A DNA stretch of 64,000 nucleotides from contig JASCQW010000119.1 of NCBI GenBank assembly GCA_030264375.1, forward strand, positions 9,834,103-9,898,102, read 5' to 3'. Numbering within the stretch: the first letter of the stretch is position 1; every line of letters starts with the position of its first letter. The DNA comes from Carcharhinus longimanus (lineage: Eukaryota). Positions 26,322-39,059 of the stretch are shown piece by piece. Position numbers and translations under genes: made by a program. A model generated the notes under the pieces. The model made no database searches. It was not told the origin of the DNA and saw only the letters and a list, made by a program, of their open reading frames with translations.

Positions 26322-27700
26322 GAGGTGACTGAAGATTGGATGATGGCAAGTGTTGGGCCTTTGTTCAAGCAGGGCTGCACGGAAAACCTGGGAACTACAG
26401 ACCAGTCAGATTATTGGCTGCAGTGAGTATGTCGTAGAAGGAATTCCAAACTGTAGGATCTACAAGCATTTACAAAGGTAAGGGCTGATTATGAACAGTC
26501 AGTAATGGAAAATCATATCTCACAAATATGATTGTGTTTTTGAAGGGATGAAGTTAGTGCAGTTGGTGTTATCTAACTGGAATTTAGCAAGGCCATTGCC
26601 AAGGTTATGTGTGAACGTTGTTGCATAAGGTTAATTCTCAAAGGATGCAGTTTCAGGTAGCCAACTTAATACGACATTTGTTTGATGACAATGGGCAGAG
26701 GGTCGTTGTGGAGAGTTGTATTTTTTTCAAAAAATGATGTGCCTCAGGGACTGGTGCTGGATCCATTGTTATTTGTAATTTTTATTAATGATTTGGCTGA
26801 AAATGTGGGTGATACGTTTAATAAATTGGCAGATGACACCGAAAGTATTTCGGATTGCACGGGGATGAGTCTTGTTCAATTGCATCAGTGGGCTGATGAA
26901 TGGCAGATGCATTTCAATTTTGATACATGTGAGCTGCTGTACTTTGGTAAATCAAACCAGGGGAGAACATACTCTGTATATGGTGCATTGTTGGGTAGAG
27001 TTGGAGGACAAAGAAGTCCATCGGTACAGATTCATAGTTCTTTGAGAGTGGAGTCACAGGTGGACAAAGTGGTAAAGGAGTCGCTCGGCATGCTTGGTTT
27101 CGCTGGACAGTACATTGGATATTGGAGTTAGGACATCTTGATGGACTTACCAACACGATATTGGTCATGGCACACTTGTGCAGTGTGTGCAGTTCTGATC
27201 ACTCAATCATAAAAAATGATATTATTAAACTAAATGTGTGCAGGAAACATTCACTCACGAGGATGCGTGTGGAACTTGATGGTTTGAGTTAGAAGGAGAG
27301 GGTGAATAGATTGGGACCATTTTCCCTGGAGCGTATGAGATTTAGGGATGCTCTGATCGAGTTCTAAAAAGTAATGAGATGTATCAATCAGTCACACAAT
27401 CCGCAACATTTCCCAAAGTAGGGAAGTCTAAGACTAGAAGTAATAAGTTTAAGCTATGTGAGGACGATACAAAAGTGTCCAGAGGGACAGTGTTTTCACA
27501 TAGAGGCTGATAAGTGTATGGAACACTCTGCCTGACATGGGAATCCATGCGGCTACAATTTTGTCTTAAACACACGAAGACAGTTGCAAGAGTAGGATGG
27601 TTACCGAGCGACATGTGCCAACCACGGGCAAAAAGACTAGTTTGGAGCTTGACCAAAGGGGAGGCACGGAGATATTGGGCCGAGGAGCCTGCTTCCATGC
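26322..27700 (+). mobile_element. Old CR1 RT region and 3' UTR
   Basis: EDW..A.V.PLFK, GNYRPV, DVPQGLVLDPLLFVIFINDL, KLADDT, WADEWQMHFN, ending GGGCCGAGGAGCCTGCTTCCATGC. Confidence 0.9.
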
Positions 27701-29401
27701 NNNNNNNNNNGAGAGCTGCCCTGTTGCAGGTCTGGTCCCAAAGAGACAGCAGTTTTATATGTTGTGGGTTTTTTTTGTTCAACTCTGTCGATCGAATAAA
27801 TGGATGGCAGTCGCTTGAATGCCTTTTTCTTTCAAAATTCCTGTTTGGACTGGCAAGTTAGTTTTAGATTGTCTGAAGCAATTGGATTTGTTTTTTTTTC
27901 ACTCTTTGTGCGATAGTTGCATTGTTGCTACGATGATTTCATAATTATTCAACTGTGTTTGTAATTTAAATTGCGTTAAGATCTGTCACAGTGGTGTAAA
28001 CGAGATTCAGACCATGCATAAGGCAAACCATAAGGCAAAATGTCACTGTTCTGCCATATCTCAATTAAGTAGTAAAGTGATTGTGAAGGACATCAAATAT
28101 GTTGCGTACACTCGTTTCCCTTTCTTTTGTTTTTCTGTTCATGTGCGACAAATACATCCTGGACATTGTCTACACAATATGGTATGATTTCATAACGGGC
28201 AGTCACCTGAATGGGAAGTGCCTGTCCAGTGCCCATTAAAAAGGCGTCAAATACAATTAAGCCAACACTTCGAAGAAGGCAGAAAACTTTAAACAAAATC
28301 AGAGTATATTTTTAGCCATCTGCTATTTAAAAAAAGAAAAAAAAATCATACTGCTATTTGGCAGATTGAATTAGATGCGCGATTGAAGTTATTGTTTCTT
28401 CTGTTAATGTAAGCAACATCATATCAGTGAATGGTCCTTGGTTTGCTATGTTTGATATCTTCATTCATTTACAATGGGAAAATTCCACTGTTATTGCTAC
28501 TTCTAGATTATAATTTAATATTTTGCATCAGTCTTCATTATTAGAAACAAACAAATTGTGTATTGCCCTCCATATTTTAGTGCCCGAATGAAGTTTTGAA
28601 GTATTTTGTTTTTGTCCCGTGGAAGAAGAAAGTAAACATTGTGAGAGAACGGGGGCATTGACAACTTCACAGAGGGAAAACTTGAGGATGCTTGATTGCC
28701 ATATTCATTTTTTCGTCGATTCTTAATTCGAGCTAAATACACTTAGCTTCGGAAAATCTCCTGGCCTTGCCATGGTACAGTGCTGTGGGAAGTCGCCAAC
28801 ATTTCTCAGCACAGATGGTGCCCACAGTTCACAATTAATCTCAAATTCAACAGTTACTTCAGTAATGTTCTCTGCTGGCTTTGGACTTATATAAAATCCT
28901 CAGTTTCCAAGAAGCGTCAAGCCCACAAACTACTACTCCAACATCAGAGAGCCATTTGAACATTACAATCTCTAAATTTAAGAGTGCAGCCCTCCCTCTT
29001 TCTTGAAATGATGGCACTGCAGCGTCACATTACTACCGAAGGTGCATCAGTGATGCAACCTCTTACAGCTTCCATTTCAGATAAGGTTTCGTAGAAAAAC
29101 TGGGAAGTCAAATACATTGTGTGATGCATTTGACGTGTGTAATCAATTTTATTATTTTATTAATCATATTCAAATGTCAGCATATTCTAATTCACAAGTA
29201 ACTTGGTATTTTAATGATATTTCTTTAAAGAGATTAAACATGGTTTCTTTTTCAGAGTTGGAGTTCAACGGCTTGATTGCAAGTAATTAACTCTTGTTTC
29301 CATCACAGAATTATTGTTTTGTTGCCTGTGTAAGTATGACATTTTTTGGCATCAAACTCTTGAATGTTTCACTATTTTCTATCTTCCAAATACACCATTA
29401 G

Positions 29402-29428
29402 AGCTGAAAAATAAATGTGGCGTCGAAG
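29402..29428 (+). CDS. Short coding exon E4 (27 nt, phase 1-1): ELKNKCGVE
   Basis: Acceptor attttctatcttccaaatacaccattag, donor AAG|gtgagt. Open. Confidence 0.7.
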
Positions 29429-29607
29429 GTGAGTGTCATGGGGAGAAAAAGAATGAAAAATTAACAACAGTCATCATAAAATAAATGTTTGTGATCAGCG
29501 ATATAAAACAAGCATATACAAACAAACATTGAATTCATATCATATACTTATGAATGTCGTTTTGACAGTAATCTCTTCTTTAATAACGTTAAAACATTAC
29601 TGATATA

Positions 29608-30080
29608 AACAAAATACTGCAAGTATGTGTGGGTTTCCTCCGGGTGTTTTGGTTCCCTTCCGCAGTCCGAAGATGTGTGGGTTAGGTTGATTGGTCATGC
29701 TAAGAACTGGTCCATTAGTGTCCAGGGATGCGCAGGTTAGAGGGATTAGTGATATAATATGTAGGGATATGGGGGTAGGGCCTGTGTAGGATTGTGTTTG
29801 GTGCAGACTCGATGGGCCGAAGGGCCTCTTTCTGCACTGTAGCTTTCTATGATTCTATGATTCTATGAAGTACTGGAATATGAAAAAAGGCAGAAAAATT
29901 GTACAATCTCATTAAGTCTCACATCATCGGTGCAGAGAACATAGAGACACATGTTCACGACTCGATGACTCTTTCTCAGAACTGAGCAAAGTTTCAAATC
30001 TAGCTGACTCTACTTCGAAGCGGAGAAAGGTCATTTAGACTCGAACCTTTGGCTCAAATCTTTCCCCACAGATGATATAA
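29608..30080. mobile_element. Decayed inverted pair of Penelope-type terminal repeats, interrupted by the SINE
   Basis: Imperfect inverted arms 29922-29980 and 30021-30077 (GAGAAAG(A)GTCAT...GAAC...GATGAT on opposite strands). Confidence 0.5.
29626..29867 (+). mobile_element. 5'-truncated HE1-type SINE
   Basis: GTGGGTTTCCTCCGGGTG...GGTTAGGTTGATTGG...GCAGACTCGATGGGCCGAAGGGCCTC and (TTCTATGA)n tail. AAGTA target duplication at 29621-29625 / 29868-29872. Confidence 0.9.
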
Positions 30081-31233
30081 GGAATGCACACCAGTGTCAA
30101 AGAGACTAATGTAAGTTGATGTTAATCCAGCAAATTCTGAGAATAATCCTTTTGGACTAAACCAGAGAAGATGTTACAAAACCTGGTGTGGACACTTTCA
30201 ATGAAGCTATCGCCATTTTTACAGTGTTCGTGAGGCGCCTGCGAGGGCACAGTAACCGAGTGCAAGTATCATGCACTTCATGTTATTGGGGCCAAAACTA
30301 ACTGCATGCAAGCACTTATGTAATCTGTTGTCAACTTGTTGTTTTTGAACACGCATTTTGTCTTATTACATGGGAAGTAAACTTACCCAATCAATCATTG
30401 TCAAGATGGAACCACACGGACTCCACCCTCGAAACCCACTTCTAAAAATGTACCAACAGGTATCAGGAGTTATTTAATTCGACATATCACACAATGATAC
30501 TTCAGAAAACATCTATGACATCCTTTCTTCAACGTCACTGACAACGGTTACATTCGCTCTACACCATTAATTTTCATGGAACTAAATTGCTTTCCAGATC
30601 GGTTCAGATGCAAAGCAATGACTGTTGTTTGTTGTGGATCAGAAGGCTAAGGGGATGCAGTCAAGATATGAAGTGGCACGGACGTTTCTGTATTGGTCAT
30701 CACATGAATCACATGGTTCTTTTGTGAAATCAGTGGTCGCTTCCCTGGAGGGGCTTTATGATTAGTTTCCACGACAGATTTGTTGTAGTTGAAATTCCAT
30801 CAATCATTTCAGTAGAATTTGAAAAGATAACCCCACTGTGTGAAGCGAAACCTTGGTTTCCACATTCTGTGGCATGAATACGGAGATACTATTTCATATA
30901 ATTTGATTACACTTCTAAAGAAGATGTTGAATTAATTTTTAACATACGCTGCTTAAAACGGGTATGACCTTTTTTGATGATATATTTTCAGCAATCATTC
31001 GGAACATTCTACCATTAATTTCCAAGAAGGGAACATCAACGCTGGATGGCAAACTGAAATCAAACAACCTCTTTTTTTTCATATTCTATCTGTTTGAAAC
31101 AATGCTGTTTTGTTTAAGGCGGAGACACTTTTCATGACAATGCATTGAATAATTGAGATAAACCATTTTCACAATTGCAGGGAAGCGACTTGTCAACAAA
31201 ACTGACCAATGACCACATGCATACATGTCTCTT

Positions 31234-31333
31234 TATCTATCTATCTATCTATCTATTTATCTAACTATCTATCTATATGCACCTCTTTGTATATCTATTA
31301 ATTATATGTAAATATATACATATATATATATAT
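31234..31333. repeat. (TATC)n plus (TA)n microsatellite
   Basis: TATCTATCTATC... followed by a TA run. Confidence 0.9.
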
Positions 31334-32051
31334 ACAATACCCATCTGTTTAATTGAACAGATGGATCTTATTACTGTACAGTTAGTTAAGTGCAACGGCT
31401 ATTGCTACGTGTCTCTGTACTCATCTTCATGTTTTAAAGCAAGTTAATGATCAATATTCATGTAAAATACAGCATTAAAACAAAACACAACACCACTGTC
31501 GGTTACATGCAAATTCCTCTGTCAATAAACTTATTACACGCCCAGGTATTTCATTAAAATTGTGCATGATGCAATAATTTTTCAAGTCCTATATTCCACC
31601 ATTTTCTTATAATTTCAAAGTTTCACTATTCCCCTTCGGGAACTGGCTAATAAACACTCAGCCATGCAGCTGCATTGGCTTCACCACGGGAATCCAGGGA
31701 AGAACAATGTTTCGCTAATCATTCGATGCCCTCTCTACTCCTGCACTTCGACTTCACGTTGAGGCAAACCAATTGGAAAGCAACCGACAGAAATGGAACT
31801 TCGTATCAGTAGTTTATTGGTTCTGCATGAATATCATACAACTGTTTTTAATTACTTTTCAAATTCTTGATCCTATTTCTGACGTCGAGATCTTCTTTAC
31901 TTGCATTTATGTATGGATGTGTACAATGATTTGCTTGATTAATTGGTTGGATTTCTTTATTTTCTGTTCGAACGTTTAAATATTTGCTATCTAGCTGTTC
32001 AGTGCTAAATCGGTATTTTTGACTTGCTAATCTGGATTTCAAATTGCTTAA

Positions 32052-32305
32052 AAAGGCAAAAGGCGGGGAATTATAGGCCGGTTAGTTTAACGTCTGTGGT
32101 AGGTAAAATGTTAGAATCCGTCATTAAGNNNNNNNNNNNNNNNNNNNNNNNNNNNNNNNNNNNNNNNNNNNNNNNNNNNNNNNNNNNNNNNNNNNNNNNN
32201 NNNNNNNNNNNNNNNNNNNNNNNNNNNNCTTATTGAATGGCGGGGCAGGCTCGACGGGCCAGATGGCCTACTCCTGCTCCTATTTCTTATGTTCTTATGT
32301 TCTTA
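32052..32305 (+). mobile_element. Young CR1 family A copy
   Basis: RQKAGNYRPVSLTSVVGKMLESVIK, gap, 3' UTR and tail. Confidence 0.92.
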
Positions 32306-33049
32306 ATCTACAGCCTTGGCAAAATCATATAATTCGATCATAGTTGTATAGTCATATTTGAGTTATTCCAATTCTAGATCGTGTTGAATTTCAATAGTTA
32401 CGGAGTAGACAATTTTACGTTATTCATTAGAGGGAAAAAAAAATCATCAGGAGTTGTCTATACGTCCAAATTGGCCAAATAACTGTCCACATTTTATATA
32501 CACTGAGAACATAATTTATTTCTTAAAAATAATCTGTTCTGAAAACATTGTAATTTCGTGGAAGAATGAGACAAGTTCATTTCCAGTTTTAAAACTATTT
32601 CCCTACCCTCCACGATTTAATGAGCTCAACTCAGAATGTTAACCGTTTGGACTGCATAAAATTGTACGAATCCAAAAGAAAAAAACAGATTATTATACAC
32701 TAAACATTGTACACTAACATTGAAGAAAAGACCAAAAGAGACCAAATTTAGAGCTCACAATGCTCAATTGGGAAGACATCCATGCCACATCCTAAGAATC
32801 AGTCTCGCAGTTCAAACAACATATATGAGAATCAAATTATTTATAGTTCCTCAAAATCTCCCTGAAGAAGGGAGCCTGTCCTGAAGTCCCCTTCACTAAG
32901 CAACTCGAACAGTGGTCGGTGTCTATGGACAGTGTATTCAATCATAAAGTTGCAAATTGTTGCAGAACATCTTCAGCCCAATTGTCTGCACAGTTAAAAT
33001 CACACGAAGTAACACGTAATTGTGTGTTGTGGGGAAAATTATCATTGGC

Positions 33050-33475
33050 ACAGTCATTGGTAACAGGGGACTCGCTCGCTGCAGACACAAATAAGCTTTT
33101 CTGTGGCCGTGACACAGACGTCATGATGGTGTGTTGTCTCCCTGGTGCCAGGGTCAAGGACGATTCTGAACGGCTGCAGGACATTCTTTAAGAGAACATC
33201 CAGAGGTCTTCGCACATATTGTCACAACGACATGGATAGAAAAGGAATGAGGCCCTGAATAGTGAATACATAGAGTTAGACACAAAACTAAACTGCAGGA
33301 CCTCGATTGGAGCTTTTTTTTTTGCTACTGCTGATGCCACGTGCTAGCGAGACAAATAAGTGGAAGATTAGACAATGAATGTGTGGCTTCAGAGCTTGTA
33401 CATGTGGCAGGGATTTGGAATTGTGGATTATTGGGATCTCTTCTGGGGAATTAGAGACGTGTTCAAGTGGAAGAA
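33050..33475 (+). mobile_element. CR1 ORF1 (SGNH esterase-like) remnant
   Basis: LVTGDS...FCGRDTDVMMVCCLPGARVKDDSERLQDIL, later WDLFWG. Homologous to 11615-12050. Confidence 0.85.
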
Positions 33476-33599
33476 AACATTTTGAACAAAAACAGAATGT
33501 CAGAAGGACGCCCAATGCAGTTGAAATGTCACCAATAAGAAAAATACAATAACACAAGAACCCTAGCAAGAAAAGCCGGAGTGGGTGTTCTGGCACCCA

Positions 33600-34290
33600 A
33601 AGCCTGTTTCGTAAATCAGTATGAATGGTCTTAATCTCTGAAGGTTCAATTTTTTTTTATGTGTTATTTCCCCCACCGCCCTGTATTCCACTATTTAGAA
33701 GATATTTATCTACTCTCACTGCACATAACTTTAGTGACCCTGCATTCAAAACTAATTATGGAAGAATGTTCTAGAGTTCAAGTACCGTCTGTGAGAACAC
33801 ATTTATGTGCACATCAGTTCCAAAGGACTGACCCTTTATCTTCCAGCTAACACACCTTCTTTTTGGATCCTCCACTGATGAGAGACTTGACCATCTATTC
33901 CGTCAAATCCCTCCAGGAACTTAAATGCCTGATTAAGGTCACAACACATTCCTCTAAACTGCATTTGAAAGGGTTCAGAGAATTCAGTTTATTTCAACAC
34001 AGGACAGCACAATCATTTGATGAATTAGCAACTATCACCAATATTTCTATTTCATTTTCAAGTGGACCAAAACTGTGTGCTGTATTCAAGGTGTTTCCTC
34101 AGCAACATCATTTTCATTTGCAACATTATCTCACAATTTTTGAATAACACCTTTGCAATAAAGGCCAAAGTGCGATTTGAATCCTTAACTCTGCAGTTAC
34201 ATAGAGTTATCGAGCCATGGGTCTTTCCAAAATGGAAACTGGTCCCTCTGTCAAATTTATCCATTTTTAAATCTTTTTTTTGTATTAAGG
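33600..34290 (-). mobile_element. Degraded CR1 3' part
   Basis: Minus-strand FHFGK...TLAFIAK...HLEYSTQFWS. Confidence 0.7.
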
Positions 34291-34883
34291 TATTCCGACA
34301 TGTCCNNNNNNNNNNTACCTATGGAACTGTCCAAATGTTTCTTTTGATAGACAAAGTTGTACGCACCTCTGCTGCTATCACTGACAGCTTATTCTTGACA
34401 CTCACTACCGTCTATTTGGTAAAAAAAAAACCTTTAATGGACCTGCTTGCTCGATTTTTGTACCTCCAACATAAGAACACGGAAGTCACTCTGCACATCG
34501 CACGAATGTAATTTCACTCATTATTTAAAAAAAAATATTGCTACAATGAAGATTGCATTAACACTGCAATGAAGTTACTGTAAAAATGTAAATGATATTA
34601 GTAAGAATGTAAAATAACAGGAGAGCAAAAGTGCGTGGTTCATTTAGTTTTGAGTTCAGTGATTGGATGCATTGTACGCACGGAACCTAAGTTGCAACAT
34701 TTTCTTCGGGAACCAAGCATCGGCATTGCCGTGTTCACAGTATTCTTGTATTTGAATAACTTACCTTTTTTTTAATGCAATCAGCTAATGAGCATCTATC
34801 AGGTTTGAATTTGTATTTGTTGGCAACATCCGGCCAATCGTGGTGTTGGAAAATTGAGTTGTCATTTCATATCTAAAATACAG

Positions 34884-34955
34884 AGCAACAGCCGCCTCAG
34901 GGGACCAGTTCTGGAGCCGAAGAAAGCGCAGAACAACCGCAGCAGCTAACGGCAG
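34884..34955 (+). CDS. Coding exon E5 (72 nt, phase 1-1): EQQPPQGTSSGAEESAEQPQQLTA
   Basis: Acceptor catttcatatctaaaatacag, donor CAG|gtgagg. GC-rich island in AT-rich flanks, 24 open codons. Confidence 0.75.
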
Positions 34956-35574
34956 GTGAGGGCAGTCAGGGCCTCTGAAACATTTAACTCATCATTTAAT
35001 CAGCGAAGATTACCAAATCAGAAAATGCTTACAGCGACTGGTCAAGTACAAACGACCTCTACAATTTTTTCTAAGCCATCATACCGGTCGTGTGTAGTTT
35101 TTTTTCTTGAAAGTGACAATGCATTTTCATGACTATTTTGTATTGATGTCCCTTGCCTTTGTTTGAACTGCATTTCAGTCAAACCACCCTATAATTGACA
35201 TTTTGGTGTTTCAATTAAAGTTCCTGGTAAGTTAAATTAAATAGCTTGTTAATTAATCCAGTGAACACGAGTTTTAGTTCTTTATATTAATGAACTTCTG
35301 AACGTTAATGTCGAGCAGTTAACATTTTAACAAACATTTTTTTTTACCACATTAAGAAATGATAACGAAACAAATACCCCTTGCATTGAAACATAACTTT
35401 TAGAAAAAAAATCTTATCAGAGAATACGCTTCAATATTTGCTACTCATTTTTGTCCATTCCGATGATACGATGGTTGCTTTGTCATACCATTGTTACGTC
35501 CACATGTTACATCTGATCAAGTTCAAGCCAAAAGGTTTGTGACAAAGTAGAAAGATCTTTGTAGTAATAGAGTA

Positions 35575-36200
35575 ATTCAGAGCAGAAGACTATCTGGCAC
35601 TTCGAGGCGCTCCACTCCCCATTCAGGACATGACTTCTCCTCATACGTTGTGCTATGCTTCTCCGTTCTGCACATGCCATTCGATGTCATATTAAAAAAA
35701 AAAATGGATTCTTTCCAGTGATATGGCCTCCAAGAACTTTTTGGTGATTAATTGCAGAGGTCAACGAATGTTTGAGTGAAGAAAGCCGAGCTCATATTAT
35801 ACCTAAATGGGCACATGTCACGATAACAAAAATGTATCCTCGCTTTGCTTTCTCCAAACAAGGACATTATCTGCTCATCAGTTGTGTCCAGCACTCTTCG
35901 AAATATGTGCATGACAATAACATCTCCTGTCTTTCTTCTTCTGAATTCCGGTGAATGCAGGCCCATTCAAGAAATATATCTTAATAGGACAGACACACGA
36001 AATTCGTCATCAGACTCGTGAACCTCCACTTCACTCCTCTTTTGACAAGTACATTGTTGCTTTGGTAGACCAAAATTGAACACAATACGCCAAGTATAGT
36101 CTGACGAAGGAACTACATATTTGGTGAAGTACGTCTCTAAATCGTTACTCAAATGCTCTGCCATTTTATTGTTTTTTTTTTCTGTTTCCATCTCGTGACT
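35575..36200 (-). mobile_element. Degraded CR1 3' part
   Basis: Minus-strand MGLHSPEFRR..GDVI...LFGESKAR...FFTQ. Confidence 0.7.
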
Positions 36201-36375
36201 TTACATCATGTTATGGATGAGTCAGATGTGGTGGTAGTGCACAGTAGATTTTATATTCTCCAGGTCCTCCGATTGAAAAAAAATCTATTTCACACATAAA
36301 GATGCATGTTGTGGGAACGTGCTATTATGGTGGTAAACCATGACTTTAATACAGCAAATTGATTTTCTGTTCCAG

Positions 36376-36405
36376 AAAACGTCTCCAGAAAACTGAACAA
36401 AGCAG
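36376..36405 (+). CDS. Short coding exon E6 (30 nt, phase 1-1): ENVSRKLNKA
   Basis: Acceptor ttgattttctgttccag, donor CAG|gtaatc. Open. Confidence 0.7.
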
Positions 36406-37883
36406 GTAATCAGAATATGACATTGCCTGTATTAGAGCAAATGGAACACAAAAACAATCTGTTTATTATCAAACATTTCGAAATCTCTATCAATATGTAT
36501 GCTATCACGTAATATCAAATTTATGAAGACTCTAGAAATAAAGAGGATGATATCTGTGTAGATTATGCAACATGATACCAAAATTCCATTCACACGACAT
36601 GATAATTTTCTTGTATTCTTGCCATGTTTCAAAAAATGTTTCACGATTTGCATGAAAATGCCAGTTGATGCAATCATTGATGGATGATTCGTTTGTGGAT
36701 TTTATATAATATATAACATTCACTTTGGGATAATCCACAAACCCTAATGAACAAACTGGTAACCAATATCTCGAGTAATCTGTTCAGCTTTGCCAAATAT
36801 AAAAAAAACAACAAAAATCACTTGAAGCAAAACTCTTGAAAACAACTTCTGGCCAAGTTGAATGTTCATTCGTTCTGACAAAGAGCATGCAAACCTCAAA
36901 CGGACCAACACAATCCACTTGTGATGATTCCGATCTAATTCCATGCTACATTCAAACTGTAAAGATGACCATCAGTGTTTTTTTTTCACTCATTATTGCA
37001 TCTAATTCACACTATCCAAAATCCATTCAAGCTAAGCATCTGCACAAGGACAGTAACAATACTGATGAACTAATTACTTCAAGTTTGCAATAAAAATTGG
37101 CCTTACAATGGCCCGGAACACTTTTATGCAGACTAGGAGGAATGATCATTCTCATTCCCGAACATAGACACCCATATTGCATATGGTCAACTTAAGTTTT
37201 CTTGACACACATTCCTTCCACTCAAAGTATGGACAATCAATTGACTAGCCGCATACTTGTTGCACACATTCTACACCAATGGTTATCTTAACAATGTCGT
37301 TAAAATCAATATTTTTTGCCATAAATTTGTGCATGTGTCATTCATTTCAACGTCACTTCAATCACATTTCAAACCAAGGGGTCATTTCCGTTATGATTTT
37401 GTAATTCATAAGCTATTATAGGGAAATGGACTGCTCATGAAAAAGGAATAACTTGTTGGTGGTGTCTATCCAAAAGATACAGTTAATCTCGTTAATTAAT
37501 GACACTAGCACTGCACTCTGACTGACGATGTTTCATATCTTAGGAATGCATAAAAGATCATTGACCTGCGTTGCAATTCCCGAGCAATTAACGACATTGT
37601 GCACTTCGGCACTCCAAACATAGCATTTAATTGTTGAAGACTAGCTAGTAATGTGAAATGCAGTCGAAATGAACGACTGTTCTCAATGCTTCGTTTCCTA
37701 CATGAACATATATAGATTCAGCACTTATCCAAGTACCTGGAGAAAATTCTGTTGGCTGGTATTCTTCCAAATATATGAAATGATCCCCCCACCGCATCAG
37801 GTTAAATATCATAAGAATACACTATTTGTATATTCGGATTAGTATCAACTAATATATACGATTTTTGTGATACACATTTAGCG

Positions 37884-38219
37884 CATAATCGATAGAATCC
37901 TACAGTGGAGAAGGAGGTCATGAGGCCGATCGAATTTGCATCGACTGCAATCCGGCCCAGACTCTATCGCTGCAACCCCTTGTATTTACCGTAGCTAGTG
38001 CCGCTGACAGTAAGGGACAATTTATCATCAATTTAACATTAGTTCAACCAATCTAACACACACATGTTTGAACAATGGGACGAAACCGGAGCACCGCAGG
38101 TAACCAACGCAGGCACAGTGAGAATGTGCATCCTCCACACAGACAGTGACACAATCCGGTAACCGAACCCAGGTTCCTGGCGCTTTGAGGCAACAGTGCT
38201 AAGCACGCTTCCACAGTGT
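37884..38219 (-). mobile_element. Near full-length HE1-type tRNA-derived SINE
   Basis: Minus-strand head TTAGCACTGTTGCCTCA..GCCAGG.ACCTGGGTTCG (A/B-box-like), body, and LINE-like tail CTGTAGGATTCTAT. Confidence 0.88.
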
Positions 38220-38921
38220 CAAAAAATGTCAGATTTCTATTTTAAATTTTTGATATGTTTGCATACTTTCCCGCTTTCAGTTGTCAATGTGCTAACTCTC
38301 CCAAATATAATAAATTAATAGACATCATCAAATATGTAGTTAACATTTAAAATTAAGGTTTGGCATAATAATTTAATAATCTCAGAAATGACAGCAATTG
38401 CATCACATACATTAGTCCTCACACTTCTAAAGTGGTGTCCATATTTTTAAATCTTCTATAAAGACCTTCACAGCGATCAACGGAACACGAATACTTGACT
38501 AAGCTCTGGGGGACGTCACCCTTATATGTCTTGGCACGGAGACAATGCGTTTGAGATTGTTCAAATGTTTCATCTAAATTGCTCAAGCATTGACTTACCC
38601 TGGACATTATTAGTAGTATGTAATCCACAGAGCGACCATTTAAAATCTGATTCGTCGATCTTTGAAGTAGGGCCAATGTCGGCGTTTATATTTTCGCTAG
38701 AGAAATAAACCGAAAGTATACCTGAATGCGAAATCATGATAAGCAGTGGTAGTGATTCAAAAGTTGTACTGGTCTGTAAGTCGGCATCTAACTACCTATT
38801 TTATAACTCTTAGTGGAAATCGTTTTGGCATGTCACTTAATGGAACTTCGATGCAAACAACATAATGGTTCACTTTAGGAAAATAAGTTGGACAATGCTT
38901 TGTGATTGTTCTTTATCTTAG

Positions 38922-38951
38922 AAGTGCAAAAATTGAAAAAATCTAAGGCTG
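38922..38951 (+). CDS. Short coding exon E7 (30 nt, phase 1-1): EVQKLKKSKA
   Basis: Acceptor ttgttctttatcttag, donor CTG|gtaagt. Open. Confidence 0.75.
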
Positions 38952-39059
38952 GTAAGTTGCTCGATGTAATGAATAACTCTGTCGTCTGTTCAACAGTATT
39001 ATAATGTATAGTACTTACTTATCCGTGGAAGAGGCCGACACATTATGATAGGTTTTGGA

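Noticed and set aside
30072-30110. 39-nt AG/GT-bounded segment
   Set aside because: In-frame TAA in phase 1, and the acceptor derives from the repeat remnant.
36264-36332. 69-nt open phase 1-1 candidate
   Set aside because: Would leave only a 43-nt intron before E6, and the donor is weak.
38150-38219. tRNA-like A/B boxes (also 62680-62745)
   Set aside because: These are SINE heads, not tRNA genes.
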